64,000 bases of DNA, from contig CAVYRJ010000009.1 in NCBI GenBank assembly GCA_963770935.1, positions 1 through 64,000 of the forward strand, read 5' to 3'. The position numbers and the translations under genes were made by a program. Origin of the DNA: Candidatus Bathyarchaeota archaeon (GTDB lineage Archaea > Thermoproteota > Bathyarchaeia > Bathyarchaeales > Bathycorpusculaceae). Positions within the stretch are counted from its first letter, which is position 1. Each line of letters begins with the position of its first letter. Of this stretch, positions 1-9,835 are shown one piece after another. The notes under the pieces are model-generated. The model was given only the letters and a program-made list of their open reading frames with translations. It did no database searches and had not been told where the DNA came from.

Positions 1-446
1 GAGGGATAGCCTAACTTCGGGTTTTCGCAGAAATTCTCGACCTTTGTCGGTTTCCAACCAATTATCTCGTAGTCATGCGAGACGATACGCGCATCCTTTT
101 TTAGATCGTTCTCAAGCTTTGGTTTGATTTTCTCGTTGGCACTAGTTGTCAAGTAAAGATAGACTACGTCAGCAGAGGTCAGGTTCACGTTGAACATGTC
201 ATCGTTCATGATGGTTACTCTGTCGTCAAGACCGTTCTCATGAATGTTGCCCATCGCTTTTTTAGCCAAATCCTCGCGCAACTCAATACCGACTCCTCGG
301 GCGCCAAAAGTTTTCGCTGCCATAATCACGGTCCTGCCGTCTCCCGAACCCATGTCGAAGAGGACTTCACCAGCTTTCAAATCAGCCAGCTTAAGCATAT
401 ATTCTACAACGGTTTGTGGACTTGGAACAAAGGGAGCTATAAACAT
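1..446 (-). CDS. Class I SAM-dependent methyltransferase, truncated by the window edge, with a probable frameshift near 60
   Basis: Manual translation from ATG 446: MFIAPFVPSPQTVVEYMLKLADLKAGEVLFDMGSGDGR...GIELR...DVVYLYL...RIVSHDY. DxGxGxG motif I is present. Not in the ORF track. Confidence 0.85.
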   Translation of the reverse strand, partial: MFIAPFVPSPQTVVEYMLKLADLKAGEVLFDMGSGDGRTVIMAAKTFGARGVGIELREDLAKKAMGNIHENGLDDRVTIMNDDMFNVNLTSADVVYLYLTTSANEKIKPKLENDLKKDARIVSHDYEIIGWKPTKVENFCENPKLGYP

Positions 447-482
447 ACTCAATTCCTGCCCTTAACAGAGACTGTCATGTTG

Positions 483-809
483 TTATGCCACATAAGCGTC
501 TTTTTTGGGCTGCGGACGTTTTGCTTCGCCGCATTTGACGCAGCTTTGTGCGCATAGATCCAGGTATTTTTCTTCTTCCGCTGATTCGATAGCTTTTGCT
601 GCCTTGGTGCACATTTCGCTGGGCTCTTTGCAGCCCTCTTCCTTACATAGGTTTGAGATGTATTGGCAAACTTGTTGGACATCTTTGGGCTCTAGAACTG
701 CTCTGTTGGTACGTACAAGTAAGCAAAGTTCCCGCGCCATTACGCAGGTTTTAACATATTTGATGCGTTCGAGAACTTCGTTGCGTAGGTTCTTTCGGCT
801 AATTTCCAC
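483..809 (-). CDS. Cys-rich hypothetical protein
   Basis: 108 aa ORF with a GGAG RBS-like element upstream, co-oriented with its neighbours. Confidence 0.65.
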   Translation of the reverse strand: MEISRKNLRNEVLERIKYVKTCVMARELCLLVRTNRAVLEPKDVQQVCQYISNLCKEEGCKEPSEMCTKAAKAIESAEEEKYLDLCAQSCVKCGEAKRPQPKKDAYVA

Positions 810-900
810 TTTCTATTCTCCTATGAATATAATAAGTAGATAGCAAAAAATAAGAGGCTTTAAGCTTAAAAGCTTGCTGTTAAGTTCCTCGAAACAAACA

Positions 901-1719
901 CTATAAAGTCTTCAACATGCTGCCGGATGCATAACCTTCTAAGTCAAACGTTACATACTTGAAACCAAGTTTCTTCAGTTCAAAAGCCACCTTATCCTGC
1001 ACATCAATGTTGCAAAACAAGATTCTTTCTGTCTTAGCAACCTCAATGCGGGCTAAACGGTTGTGGTCTCTGACGCGAACCTGCTTAACCCCCGTTACAG
1101 CCTTTACTGCTTGTTCTGCCCTATCGATTCGGCTTAACTTTTCGGCGGTGATCTTCTCATTAAACGGAATCCTCGAAGCTAAACAAGCCAACGCAGGTTT
1201 GTCATGAACGCTAAGACCCATCTGTTTGGCAACTTGGCGAATCTCAGTCTTACTAAATCCGTTTATCATCCAAGGGCTGTAGACGTCTTTTACTTCTTGG
1301 ACGGCTTTGAATCCTGGTCGGTGGTCGTTTAAGTCGGAAAAGTTTGTGCCTTCAAAAACCGTTTTGAACCCAAGTTTATTGGCAAAGTTGATTAGGGTTT
1401 GGAGGAGTTCTTTTTTACAGTAGTAGCAGCGGTTTTCGGGGTTTCTGCTAAAATCGGGGTTATCCAGCTCATTGGTTTCTACCACGTACAAGCGGATTCC
1501 TATGTCCAAGGCTATTTTTTTTGCGTCGCATAGCTCCTCAGAAGTGTAGGTAGGGGATTGAGCGATAACTGCTACTGCTTTGTTTCCTAAAACCTTATGG
1601 CTTAGGGCAGCCAACGTTGAACTGTCTACGCCTCCAGAAAAAGCGACAACCGCACCGTTTCTTCCTTTTTCCTGTATGAAATGTTTGATTAGATCAAGTT
1701 TATCATTTAATTTTTCCAT
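901..1719 (-). CDS. larE: ATP-dependent sacrificial sulfur transferase LarE
   Basis: PP-loop SGGVDS, RCYYCK, ACLASRIP, VRVRDH; adjacent to larC and larB. Confidence 0.92.
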   Translation of the reverse strand: MEKLNDKLDLIKHFIQEKGRNGAVVAFSGGVDSSTLAALSHKVLGNKAVAVIAQSPTYTSEELCDAKKIALDIGIRLYVVETNELDNPDFSRNPENRCYYCKKELLQTLINFANKLGFKTVFEGTNFSDLNDHRPGFKAVQEVKDVYSPWMINGFSKTEIRQVAKQMGLSVHDKPALACLASRIPFNEKITAEKLSRIDRAEQAVKAVTGVKQVRVRDHNRLARIEVAKTERILFCNIDVQDKVAFELKKLGFKYVTFDLEGYASGSMLKTL

Positions 1720-1724
1720 GCAAA

Positions 1725-2975
1725 TTACCTATTCTTTAGAACTTCTCGTGCTTGTGAAACTGCAATTTCTGAGAGTTCTCTTAGAGGTTTTTTGGTTTTT
1801 TCAGCCAGCTTTTTAAGGTCCTCGTACTCGGGTTTTATGTGGATAATGTCTCCGTTTTGGTTTTTGGCAACTTTAACCCTAACAGTTTCCTTATTGCCCA
1901 TCACAAGCAAATCCACCATGTGCAATTCTCGGTTTATTATGTGCCGCTCGCAGAAGTAAATTCTAACGCCTAGCGTACCTGTTTCGTCAATTAGTATTTT
2001 TGAAAGGTGCTCAACATCTTTTTGGTCAGCAATTACCTTGATTATTTGTCCGGGTCTGTTCTTCTTGGTGAACATAGGAATGATGCTTACGTCTTTGGCG
2101 CCTTCGCTTAACAATTTCTCAAGCGTATACCCCAGAACCTCACCAGATGCGTCATCAATATTGGTTTCCAAAACAGCAATCTCATCCTTCACAAGTGAAC
2201 TCTCCATCGGCTCGCCCATTGTTAGTCTTAAAACGGCAGGCATCTGGGCAAACTCTTTGGTTCCCGCACCGTAACCAATCTTTATAGGCGTCATAGACGG
2301 GTAAAATCGGGTAACTTCGTCAACTAAATTAACTAAAATAGAAACACCCGTCGGCGTCGCCAACTCAAATTCTATTGGTCCGCCTTGGAAGGGGAACTTT
2401 TTTGATTGCAATATGGCTAATGTTGCAGGCGCGGGACTTGAAACTATGCCGTGAGAAAACTTGAATGTTCCCCCACCTACCGCAACAGGTGTAGAGTAAA
2501 TTTTTGAATCAAACAGCCCTAAATCATCCAAAGCTACCGAAGAGCCAAGGATTTCGGCGGCGGTATCAACCATCGCCACCTCATGCAAATGCGCATCGTC
2601 AAACGAGGTTTTGTGCAAATCTGCTTCCGCTCCGACTAATGTGCGGATGACTCTGGAGGCAAACTTTTTGGCTTTTGGAGAAAGCTCAAGGTTGCCTGCG
2701 GCTTTTTCTACTATGTCCACAAGCTCACTGCCGCGTCTTCTCTGGGCTGATCCAGAGGTGATGTCGATTTGTGTTGCTTTGAATTCGCCCCTCATTACAG
2801 GGTTAACTTTTATTTTGATGTTTTCGTAACCGTACTCCGGCTTTTCAAGCGTTTTTATGGCAGAGATAATCTTCTCTATGTTTGCTCCAAGGTCAATTAA
2901 CGCACCTAAAATCATATCTCCAGCAACACCCGAAACCTGGCAATCGATTAGAAGAATTTTCTTTGTTACAGTCAT
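1725..2975 (-). CDS. larC: Nickel pincer cofactor biosynthesis protein LarC
   Basis: GVAGDMILGAL, HLHEV, ELATPTG, ETNIDD, KKNRPG, KPEYED motifs. Confidence 0.93.
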   Translation of the reverse strand: MTVTKKILLIDCQVSGVAGDMILGALIDLGANIEKIISAIKTLEKPEYGYENIKIKVNPVMRGEFKATQIDITSGSAQRRRGSELVDIVEKAAGNLELSPKAKKFASRVIRTLVGAEADLHKTSFDDAHLHEVAMVDTAAEILGSSVALDDLGLFDSKIYSTPVAVGGGTFKFSHGIVSSPAPATLAILQSKKFPFQGGPIEFELATPTGVSILVNLVDEVTRFYPSMTPIKIGYGAGTKEFAQMPAVLRLTMGEPMESSLVKDEIAVLETNIDDASGEVLGYTLEKLLSEGAKDVSIIPMFTKKNRPGQIIKVIADQKDVEHLSKILIDETGTLGVRIYFCERHIINRELHMVDLLVMGNKETVRVKVAKNQNGDIIHIKPEYEDLKKLAEKTKKPLRELSEIAVSQAREVLKNR

Positions 2976-3053
2976 AGTTTATCACAAAAAATCGTTTCAA
3001 TCAAGCAGGCATAATAGATATATTATCATGCGTTTTTTAAATATTGTCTGTTC

Positions 3054-3842
3054 ATGTCGTCGCTTAGAGAAGTTTTAGACAAAGTTGCTTCGAATCAGAT
3101 TTCGCCCGCTGAAGCCGAAAAAATCCTGCAATTGCTCACAATTGACGAGGTTGGTTGTTTAGCTAATCTGGATGGGAGGAGGGGGCTCCGCAAGGGGATT
3201 CCTGAGATTATTTTGGCAGAAGGCAAATCGGCAAGTGATGTAGCGGAAATTTCTCGGCGGATGGTTGCTAATTGTGGGCGAGCGATTGTGAGCCGTTGCG
3301 CTAAGGAACATATTTTGGCGGTTAAAGAAGCATTTCAAAACGATGTACAGATGGAAATTAACGATAAAGCCCGAATGGTTGTAGTCAAAACGAAAGGTTT
3401 CAACATTACTCCAAGCGGGGGTCGAATTGGGATTTTAACGGCTGGGACCTCCGACATCCCTGTAGCTGAAGAAGCCAAAATCATCGCTCAAGAGATGGGC
3501 TGCACTGTTTATTCGACCTACGATGTTGGGGTCGCAGGAATTCACAGGTTGATTGAGCCACTAAAACAGGTATTCTCAAACGATGTTGATGTTGTAGTAG
3601 TTGTAGCTGGACGTGAAGGCGCTTTGGCGTCTGTGGTTTCTGGGTTGGTTGATGTTCCAGTTATCGCGGTTCCAACCTCTAATAGTTACGGTTTTGGCGA
3701 AAAGGGATTGAGTGCGCTTATGGCTATGCTTCAGTCGTGTTCGTTAGGGTTGGCAGTTGTTAACATCGATGGCGGCGTATCTGCGGGTGCAGTTGCGACG
3801 TTAGTTGCTAATCGCGCTGCCAAATTCAGAAAAAACCCTTAA
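3054..3842 (+). CDS. larB: NPN cofactor carboxylase/hydrolase LarB (PurE-like)
   Basis: GIPEIILAEGK, TAGTSDIPVAEEA, DVGVAGIHRL, PTSNSYG, VNIDGG. Confidence 0.92.
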   Translation: MSSLREVLDKVASNQISPAEAEKILQLLTIDEVGCLANLDGRRGLRKGIPEIILAEGKSASDVAEISRRMVANCGRAIVSRCAKEHILAVKEAFQNDVQMEINDKARMVVVKTKGFNITPSGGRIGILTAGTSDIPVAEEAKIIAQEMGCTVYSTYDVGVAGIHRLIEPLKQVFSNDVDVVVVVAGREGALASVVSGLVDVPVIAVPTSNSYGFGEKGLSALMAMLQSCSLGLAVVNIDGGVSAGAVATLVANRAAKFRKNP

Positions 3843-4123
3843 CTTTTTTTGACAGGTTTCCTGAACATTACTTTGCTAATTAATAGACCCATAAGTAGAA
3901 CCGTTAATACACCAAAGATTCCAGCAAATAAAGTGGAAACATATGAGTTACTGATTGAACTAAAAGAATAATCTGATAACAGACCGCTCCACAAGTTTTC
4001 ATTTTCTTGGGCTCCATAAGTTTGTACTACCTTTTCAAGACCGTCTGGATTAGTCGACGCTAACGGTATAAAGAAAACTAGAAAAACAATGACTAAAGCT
4101 GCAGCAACGACATATTTTTTCAA
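3839..4123 (-). CDS. nikN: NikN-like PDGLE-domain ECF component
   Basis: ASTNPDGLE motif between two TM helices; overlaps the nikM stop. Confidence 0.85.
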   Translation of the reverse strand: MKKYVVAAALVIVFLVFFIPLASTNPDGLEKVVQTYGAQENENLWSGLLSDYSFSSISNSYVSTLFAGIFGVLTVLLMGLLISKVMFRKPVKKS

Positions 4124-4785
4124 AGTATTTTTCTCTCCTTTAACAATGTTAAGCCACCCATTATTGTTGGGTTCAATCGCTGTATTGAGGTAACAAGCAC
4201 AGTTGTAATTGCGCCTTCTCCTATTCCGATTATTCCATGAAGTAACATCATGGAGGGAAGAGTAACAGCAATCCCGCCAGTGAATGCTGGAGCAACTTCA
4301 AAACTGGTAATTAAAGCGCCAAGCATCACTGAAGTCCATGATGCTATGAAAACACTTGCAATGAACCATTTTTGGCTCTTGTTTTTTTTAGTCAGCAATT
4401 TAATCAGAAAGAAGCTCAATCCACCGATGATTGCCATGTTAAAGAGGTTCATGCCAAACGCAACGATTCCTCCATCGGCAAAAAATAGGGCTTGCATGCT
4501 CAAAACCAGAGTCATGCTTAAGATAGCTGCAAATGGACCTAGCAGTACGGCAAGGAAAGTTCCGCCTATCAAATGTCCGCTTGTTCCAAAAGCTATCGGA
4601 AAATTAATCATTTGTGCGGCAAACACGAATGCGCTTGATATTGCCAACAGAGCAGTTATTGAACGTGAATATGTTTGCTGTGCTTTTTTCCAAGACCATG
4701 CCAAGATGCCGACGGATATTATCCACATTGCTATGGCTAAGATGATTGAAGTGTTGTTTAGGATTAATCCGTCAGAGATGTGCAT
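4120..4785 (-). CDS. nikM: Ni/Co ECF transporter S component CbiM/NikM
   Basis: N-terminal MHISDG, GTSGH, QALFFADGG, GIGEG. Confidence 0.92.
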   Translation of the reverse strand: MHISDGLILNNTSIILAIAMWIISVGILAWSWKKAQQTYSRSITALLAISSAFVFAAQMINFPIAFGTSGHLIGGTFLAVLLGPFAAILSMTLVLSMQALFFADGGIVAFGMNLFNMAIIGGLSFFLIKLLTKKNKSQKWFIASVFIASWTSVMLGALITSFEVAPAFTGGIAVTLPSMMLLHGIIGIGEGAITTVLVTSIQRLNPTIMGGLTLLKERKIL

Positions 4786-4800
4786 GATTTAACTTCCTTC

Positions 4801-4842
4801 AGTAACACTTTTTGAAATTTTAGTGTTACTGGAAATATAAAA
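4801..4842 (-). promoter_or_regulatory. NikR-type operator overlapping the nikMN promoter
   Basis: AGTAACACT-N12-AGTGTTACT palindrome (GTAACA-N16-TGTTAC), just downstream of a minus-strand TTTATAT box at ~4835-4842. Confidence 0.7.
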
Positions 4843-4991
4843 GTGTTTAGGAGCAAAAACAATCAGGTTAATCAATCAAATCCCAATTAGAACCAACCAA
4901 AATGACTCAACAGTCCCCCGTTTGGCTGCTTCTGTTGGTACCCTGATGTGACAACAAAACAATATATTCCATCAAAAGAATGATATATTTT

Positions 4992-5137
4992 GCCGGTTGA
5001 GGAACACGCTTCACGGTGACACGCAGTATTGGTCGCTAAGCCACTGCTAAATCGCAGCTGAGATCACATCAAGGATGCGAATTGGTAAGAGCTTCTGACT
5101 AGGCGGTGTTGCTGTGGGGTTTAGACTCAACCCGGCT
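4992..5137 (+). ncRNA. Unassigned structured RNA candidate
   Basis: GC-richer intergenic block with terminal stem GCCGGTTGAG/CTCAACCCGGC, internal stems, and a T-rich tail. Confidence 0.5.
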
Positions 5138-5289
5138 TTTCTTCTCGCAAACAAAACTGTTTTTCTTTTCTTTAAACCTATATTTTTGTCAAGCTAGTGG
5201 TTAAAAATTACTGCAAGACTAATTTACTCTCTAAGGGTTTCCGCAAGCAATAAAAATCTCCAAAACAAACTTCTATATGCGGTCTTTTT

Positions 5290-5661
5290 ATGGTAAATCA
5301 AAGAACAATAGACGAAATTTTAGGCAAACTTGAACCAACCCAAAAAGAAACCATCCAAAACCTACGTGCGCTAATCAAAAACACGGTTCCAGAAACCGTA
5401 GAATTGGTGAAGAACGGAAAAATCGTCTACAAGATAGGCGATATAGATTTTGTTTGGATAAGCCACTTTCAAGACCATGTGGATTTAGAGTTTGCCATGG
5501 GAGCAAGCCTTGACTCAAATCAGCTTAAAAGACGAGGCGTAGCTGAAACAAACGAAAACGTACGGCACATCTCAGTAGGTAACTTTGGCACCCAAAAAAC
5601 TGAAGTAACCAAGCTGCTCAAAGAAGCAGCTGCAATAGGCTTTAAACACTGCCAGCGTTAA
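5290..5661 (+). CDS. DUF1801 (YdhG-like) protein
   Basis: TIDEIL...LRALIKNTVPE..E....G..VY...HVDLEF..GA.L....RHI pattern. Confidence 0.75.
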   Translation: MVNQRTIDEILGKLEPTQKETIQNLRALIKNTVPETVELVKNGKIVYKIGDIDFVWISHFQDHVDLEFAMGASLDSNQLKRRGVAETNENVRHISVGNFGTQKTEVTKLLKEAAAIGFKHCQR

Positions 5662-5682
5662 AATAAACTACCCATCAACCAG

Positions 5683-6078
5683 TCACTTACCCAAATTTTC
5701 CTTAACTCTAAACTTCACCATCTTTTTCACCAAACCAAACGGAATCGGCTTATTCAAAGGAAACCTGACGGTGCCTTTGGACAATTCATAATCAGACAAT
5801 TCCTCTTTAAACGCTTCAATAGCTGATACTTTGGGAAAAAACCCAATGTGATTTTTGAAGGCAGCAAACCAAACCAAGATACCATTTAGCTTGAAAGCTG
5901 GCATCTGATAGCTAATTACCTCTTCAGCTCCAGGTGCAGCATCTTGGACAGTTTGTCTTAATTCTTCTAAAATAACCTGTACATCTTTTGGGAATGTAGC
6001 GATATATTCGTCTATTGTTTTGAATACTTTCTTTGGCGATGCCATATAGCTTCCTACAATAGATAATTTCTTTGGCAA
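5683..6078 (-). CDS. DUF1801 (YdhG-like) protein, likely start MASPK
   Basis: TIDEYI, EVISYQMPAF, FAAFKNHIGFFP, SKGTVRFPL. Confidence 0.88.
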   Translation of the reverse strand: MPKKLSIVGSYMASPKKVFKTIDEYIATFPKDVQVILEELRQTVQDAAPGAEEVISYQMPAFKLNGILVWFAAFKNHIGFFPKVSAIEAFKEELSDYELSKGTVRFPLNKPIPFGLVKKMVKFRVKENLGK

Positions 6079-6215
6079 ATTTTAAGGGTTATTTTTAACG
6101 ATGCCTTTATTGCTTCTTTATAGAGTTCCTTAACGAATCTGCAGATATTATTGTTTGTCAGCTTGCAAAAGCACATTTTTCTGCAAAAAAGGCTTACCTG
6201 CGAGGTAGCCTTCTA

Positions 6216-6743
6216 CTAATATAGCGAAGCTACGATTGCAGTCGCCGATCCTTGAATTTGTGGAACCTCACTTTGTATTTGCGAAATAAGCTGTTGTAGG
6301 TCTTTGTTATCGTTTGCCTTTACGGCGCATATTACATCGTAGGGTCCAAAGACTGTATCAGCTGACAAAACCTTAGGCATTGCTTGAAGTTTTTCTTGGA
6401 CCAGTTCAAGATTTCTAGGGTGAGTGTTTAGGAAAAGGAAAGCATAGGGTTCCTCGGTGAATGATTTGCCTTCTGAGATAACTATGAGAGTTTCTGTTTT
6501 GTCAACCATTGCTTCTTGAGTAGTTATTGTCCTTATAGAATTGAACCATTTGCTTACGAATTCGTCAAGATTTTTTAGTCCCTTTAGCTGGATGAGCACT
6601 TCAGCAGGGCCAAGAAGCAAGTATATATCTTTCTTAGATAGGCCCATTTTAATCAACTCATCCAAAACTTTGGTTTTAGCGCCAACTTTGCAAGATAAAG
6701 TATTGCAGGATAAAATCATGTACGCCTTCATAAAAATAACCAA
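6216..6743 (-). CDS. Tandem Lrp/AsnC ligand-binding (RAM) domain protein
   Basis: Two repeats, LLLGPAEVLI and VFGPYDVI; no HTH domain. Confidence 0.75.
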   Translation of the reverse strand: MVIFMKAYMILSCNTLSCKVGAKTKVLDELIKMGLSKKDIYLLLGPAEVLIQLKGLKNLDEFVSKWFNSIRTITTQEAMVDKTETLIVISEGKSFTEEPYAFLFLNTHPRNLELVQEKLQAMPKVLSADTVFGPYDVICAVKANDNKDLQQLISQIQSEVPQIQGSATAIVASLY

Positions 6744-6986
6744 TAATATATTGGAACAATCAAGTTGATAAGGCTAACGTAATTTGGCTATTAAAAAGAC
6801 AAGATAGGGCGCATAGTTTTGTGGATCTTTAGAGCAATTCGGGTTTTATTGTGCGTTATGGATGTACGTATTGCTTCTAAAGCGATTATTTTGCTTATAC
6901 GATGTTTTATTGAACGCCGTCTTTTGATTAGCTTATTTGGAGCTTGCATTCAAAATGTTAAATTGGACATTAAGTAAATAGACTCT

Positions 6987-7388
6987 ATGAATAGAAAGGA
7001 TACAGCCTATCTTCTCTTTATGCCCATTTTAATAGCCTCTTCTTCAGCTATCATATATTATTTGGTTAAAGCTAATTTCTTCACTAATTCAGATTTATTT
7101 TGGATTGGTGCGATAGCAGGATTCTTAGGTTGTCTATTTCTAACGTCGGCTGTAATATTGCTCCTTTATCTAGCAAGAGGTTTTGCAACTAAAAAAAATC
7201 GTCCATTACTTTCAATCCTGCTTTTATTAGCTTTAGGAGTTGTAGTAATTTACCTCTACAAAGGACCATTCTCCTTAGACTCCGACGTTTGGTGGTATGG
7301 AGCAATTGCAGGCTTTCTTAGCAGTTTAGCTCTAGTTTTTCTCAGTCTCGCAATCTTCATCGCTTTCAAGTTAAAACATCAAAGATAA
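6987..7388 (+). CDS. Four-TM membrane protein with an internal repeat
   Basis: SDLFWIGAIAGFL and SDVWWYGAIAGFL duplicated. Confidence 0.7.
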   Translation: MNRKDTAYLLFMPILIASSSAIIYYLVKANFFTNSDLFWIGAIAGFLGCLFLTSAVILLLYLARGFATKKNRPLLSILLLLALGVVVIYLYKGPFSLDSDVWWYGAIAGFLSSLALVFLSLAIFIAFKLKHQR

Positions 7389-7983
7389 GTTTACGATCCA
7401 AAATTAGTTCTTAGGTTCCTATATACGACTCAACGTCTGCAGATAATCAAAGTTTTTTAATTAAGCCTTGAGCATCGCTAACTTCAACGTTACAGCTATA
7501 ACGCCCGATAAGTTTACTGACCTGCTGGACGGGAAAAGTGGGCGAGCAAGAACGCCAAGTGGCGCTTCCTCGAAGCTCAGTACGGATAGAGCACTAGCCT
7601 TAGGGCTTAGTAATTTCTTAAGTCAATTAATCAAGATAGAAACGTTATATCCTCAACTTCCAGAATCAACTGCATGCTTTTCTCCCTCTTTTCTTTTCTC
7701 CGTCTGTTGCAGGAGGAACAATGCTACACCACCATAAAATTTCTTGTCCGCCATTTCAAGTCACCGTAAGTGCACGCTGTAGTTTATGCTTTAAGATATG
7801 TATTTTCATTTTTCTCTAACTCCTTGAATTACTTCCATCGGCAGATTCATTCTAATAGCTTTTTGAAAAATTCATCAACGTTAATTGTCAATTTTAGAGC
7901 AAGTTTTGCGAACTCGATTTCACAAAGTTTGCGAAGCTTAGTAAATGATTAAGGTTTTAAGCAACGATAGGTTTATACGAACT

Positions 7984-8136
7984 ATGCCCAAATGTTGCTT
8001 CCTTACTGATAACAACTGTTGTGATGCAATTAAAATTGAATTGTCTGAAAGCCAATTAAAGAAGTGCAAGGATAATTTTAATGAGTGCTTAAGATACAAG
8101 TTTGCTAAGGACTCAGCTCGAATTAGGGCGATTTAA
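7984..8136 (+). CDS. Small Cys-rich hypothetical protein
   Basis: MPKCCFL..NCC...C....C.RY, with an AT-rich promoter-like element upstream. Confidence 0.4.
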   Translation: MPKCCFLTDNNCCDAIKIELSESQLKKCKDNFNECLRYKFAKDSARIRAI

Positions 8137-8292
8137 TACTACACTATTTTATCCTTAAAGGAGCATTATTTTTGCGTAACTGACAGAGTTCTTGCATGCG
8201 AGGGGGTTGCCCTTTATAGAGGATTACTCGATACCGGCGGTGTTTTTGCTTGACAGGTAAAAACTCTGAATGATCATTTTGATTCTATTGTG

Positions 8293-8577
8293 TTATTTGC
8301 ATTCTGAGATTTCGGGATTTCGGGTTAATTCTTCAAGACATTTGTTTAGTAATATGTTGTCTCCGACTTTAGAAACCAAAGATATCGGCAAGCATACAGT
8401 TGAGCTTCTGAATCTTTTCTTGAATCCAAGATCCTCAGATGCTGATTTTGACAACTTGACATGTAAATGGGTAACTTGCCATGTATCAACGTTAATTTCT
8501 ACTCCATTAATCTGTCCAAGGTCAAAACCGCCTGCACAAATAACAAATTTATCGGAAAGGTCTTTGAAGCTAACCAA
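8293..8577 (-). CDS. PRC-barrel domain protein
   Basis: L.DK.VI...G..LG.I.GVEIN...W.VTHL.V ... SKVGDNILL. Confidence 0.8.
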   Translation of the reverse strand: MVSFKDLSDKFVICAGGFDLGQINGVEINVDTWQVTHLHVKLSKSASEDLGFKKRFRSSTVCLPISLVSKVGDNILLNKCLEELTRNPEISECK

Positions 8578-8956
8578 ACATAACCACCACTTCTAGTACA
8601 TTATAGATTTGAATATAATACTTTTCATAGTGGTCTGCTTTGGAAGTGTTTTTTTGGGTCTTAGAGTACCAAAAAACAGCTTTCTGACTACTCTTGTGCA
8701 AACATAAAGTAATTCATTTTGATGCTTTGTATGCAGTTGTTTGCGGGTTTACCACTTAGACATTTGTATCTTGCTATTGCCAATTCAGCTTCCTCCTAGA
8801 TTGTCAAAGGTTTGCTCTCTGAGAAATCAGTTTAAGAATTTTTTTCTGTTGCGATTTGTGTGTTCTCGCTTTTTTCTTTGCCTTCTAAATGTATGAGCAG
8901 TTTATCTACTTTTAGAAGAGTATTTATGTTTAAGCTGTTGTTTTGGTTGTTGGCGT

Positions 8957-9089
8957 GGGCGAGTAGCTCAGTACGGATTGAAGAGTTCTCTTCAAAGAGG
9001 GGGTTCCCGCTTTGTTTTGATATCTTCCCGCAGAGAGCACCAGCCTCCTAAGTTGGGGGTCGAGGGTTCAAATCCCTCCCCGCCCGCCA
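8957..9089 (+). tRNA. tRNA-Arg(CCT) with a ~55-nt intron in the D-loop (about 8979-9033)
   Basis: Cloverleaf: D stem GCTC/GAGC, anticodon arm CCAGC-CTCCTAA-GTTGG, T arm GAGGG-TTCAAAT-CCCTC, encoded CCA; BHB-like junction with GAAGA/TCTTC. Confidence 0.9.
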
Positions 9090-9214
9090 CGGACAATCCC
9101 CGCCCGTTTTTGGTTTACTTTATACACCAAGCTTACTTGCGTTTTCTGAAAACTTTGTTAGCGCCAAAATCACACACGAACTCGAATCCTGCCTCAATCT
9201 CGACGAGCAAGCGA

Positions 9215-9626
9215 TATGCAAATCGGAGATTGAGGATATTGAACGGTGGTTTGAAACCTCAATTGGCGAAATCAAACTTCGAGGTCGAATCGACCGCGTC
9301 GACAAAGATGGATCCGGCTTCACTGTTGTGGACTACACGGCAAGTAAAAAGGGGGGTCATCGCTAAATGAGCTCAAAAAAGACATGCAAATGCTGGTTTA
9401 CGCACTCGCTGTCAAAGAAATCCCTCCCGGCGATAATCCATTGAAGGTGGGACACTGGTTCTTACGCTCCAACGAGAAAGTGTTCTTTGAACCCGAACAA
9501 AAAGCTATAGAGACTATGCAGGCAGAAATCGCTGAGATGGCTGCTAAGATTAAGGCTTCATCGTTTGAGCCTAAAAAGGGAAGCTGGGAGTGCAACTACT
9601 GCGACTACCAATGCCTATGCGACTAA
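9215..9626 (+). pseudogene. PD-(D/E)XK (RecB/AddB/Cas4-like) nuclease C-terminal fragment, frameshifted
   Basis: IERWFETSIGEIKLRGRIDRVDK...VVDY, a shift near the G-run at ~9351, then QMLVYALA...CNYCDY..LC; N-terminus missing. Confidence 0.75.
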
Positions 9627-9835
9627 AATACGCTGCTTTGTCCGCCTTTTTGCCTGAACTTGAATAACTCCTTCTTTGTTTCTTCTATAATCAGACAAGA
9701 GTTAAGCATCATTCCTTGACTTGTAGTGAGACTCCAATGCAAGAATCTGTCACGGTCTCTGAAAATATCTAAAAAACTAAGGAATTCTTCCAGCAATTCT
9801 CATATACGTTGTTATCTAATATCCTATGAATAGTA

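Noticed and set aside
4250-4792. Long antisense ORFs (here and at 37168-37776, 61438-61872 and others)
   Set aside because: Shadow frames of well-supported genes on the opposite strand
4992-5137. TPP, cobalamin or NiCo riboswitch, or 5S rRNA
   Set aside because: Only isolated words (GCTGAGA, GCCACTG) match; the remaining consensus elements are missing
7461-7754. Minus-strand frame with a GGTGA RBS and two in-frame TGA codons (possible selenoprotein)
   Set aside because: No recognisable selenoprotein motif or SECIS; a short ORF or decayed gene is more likely
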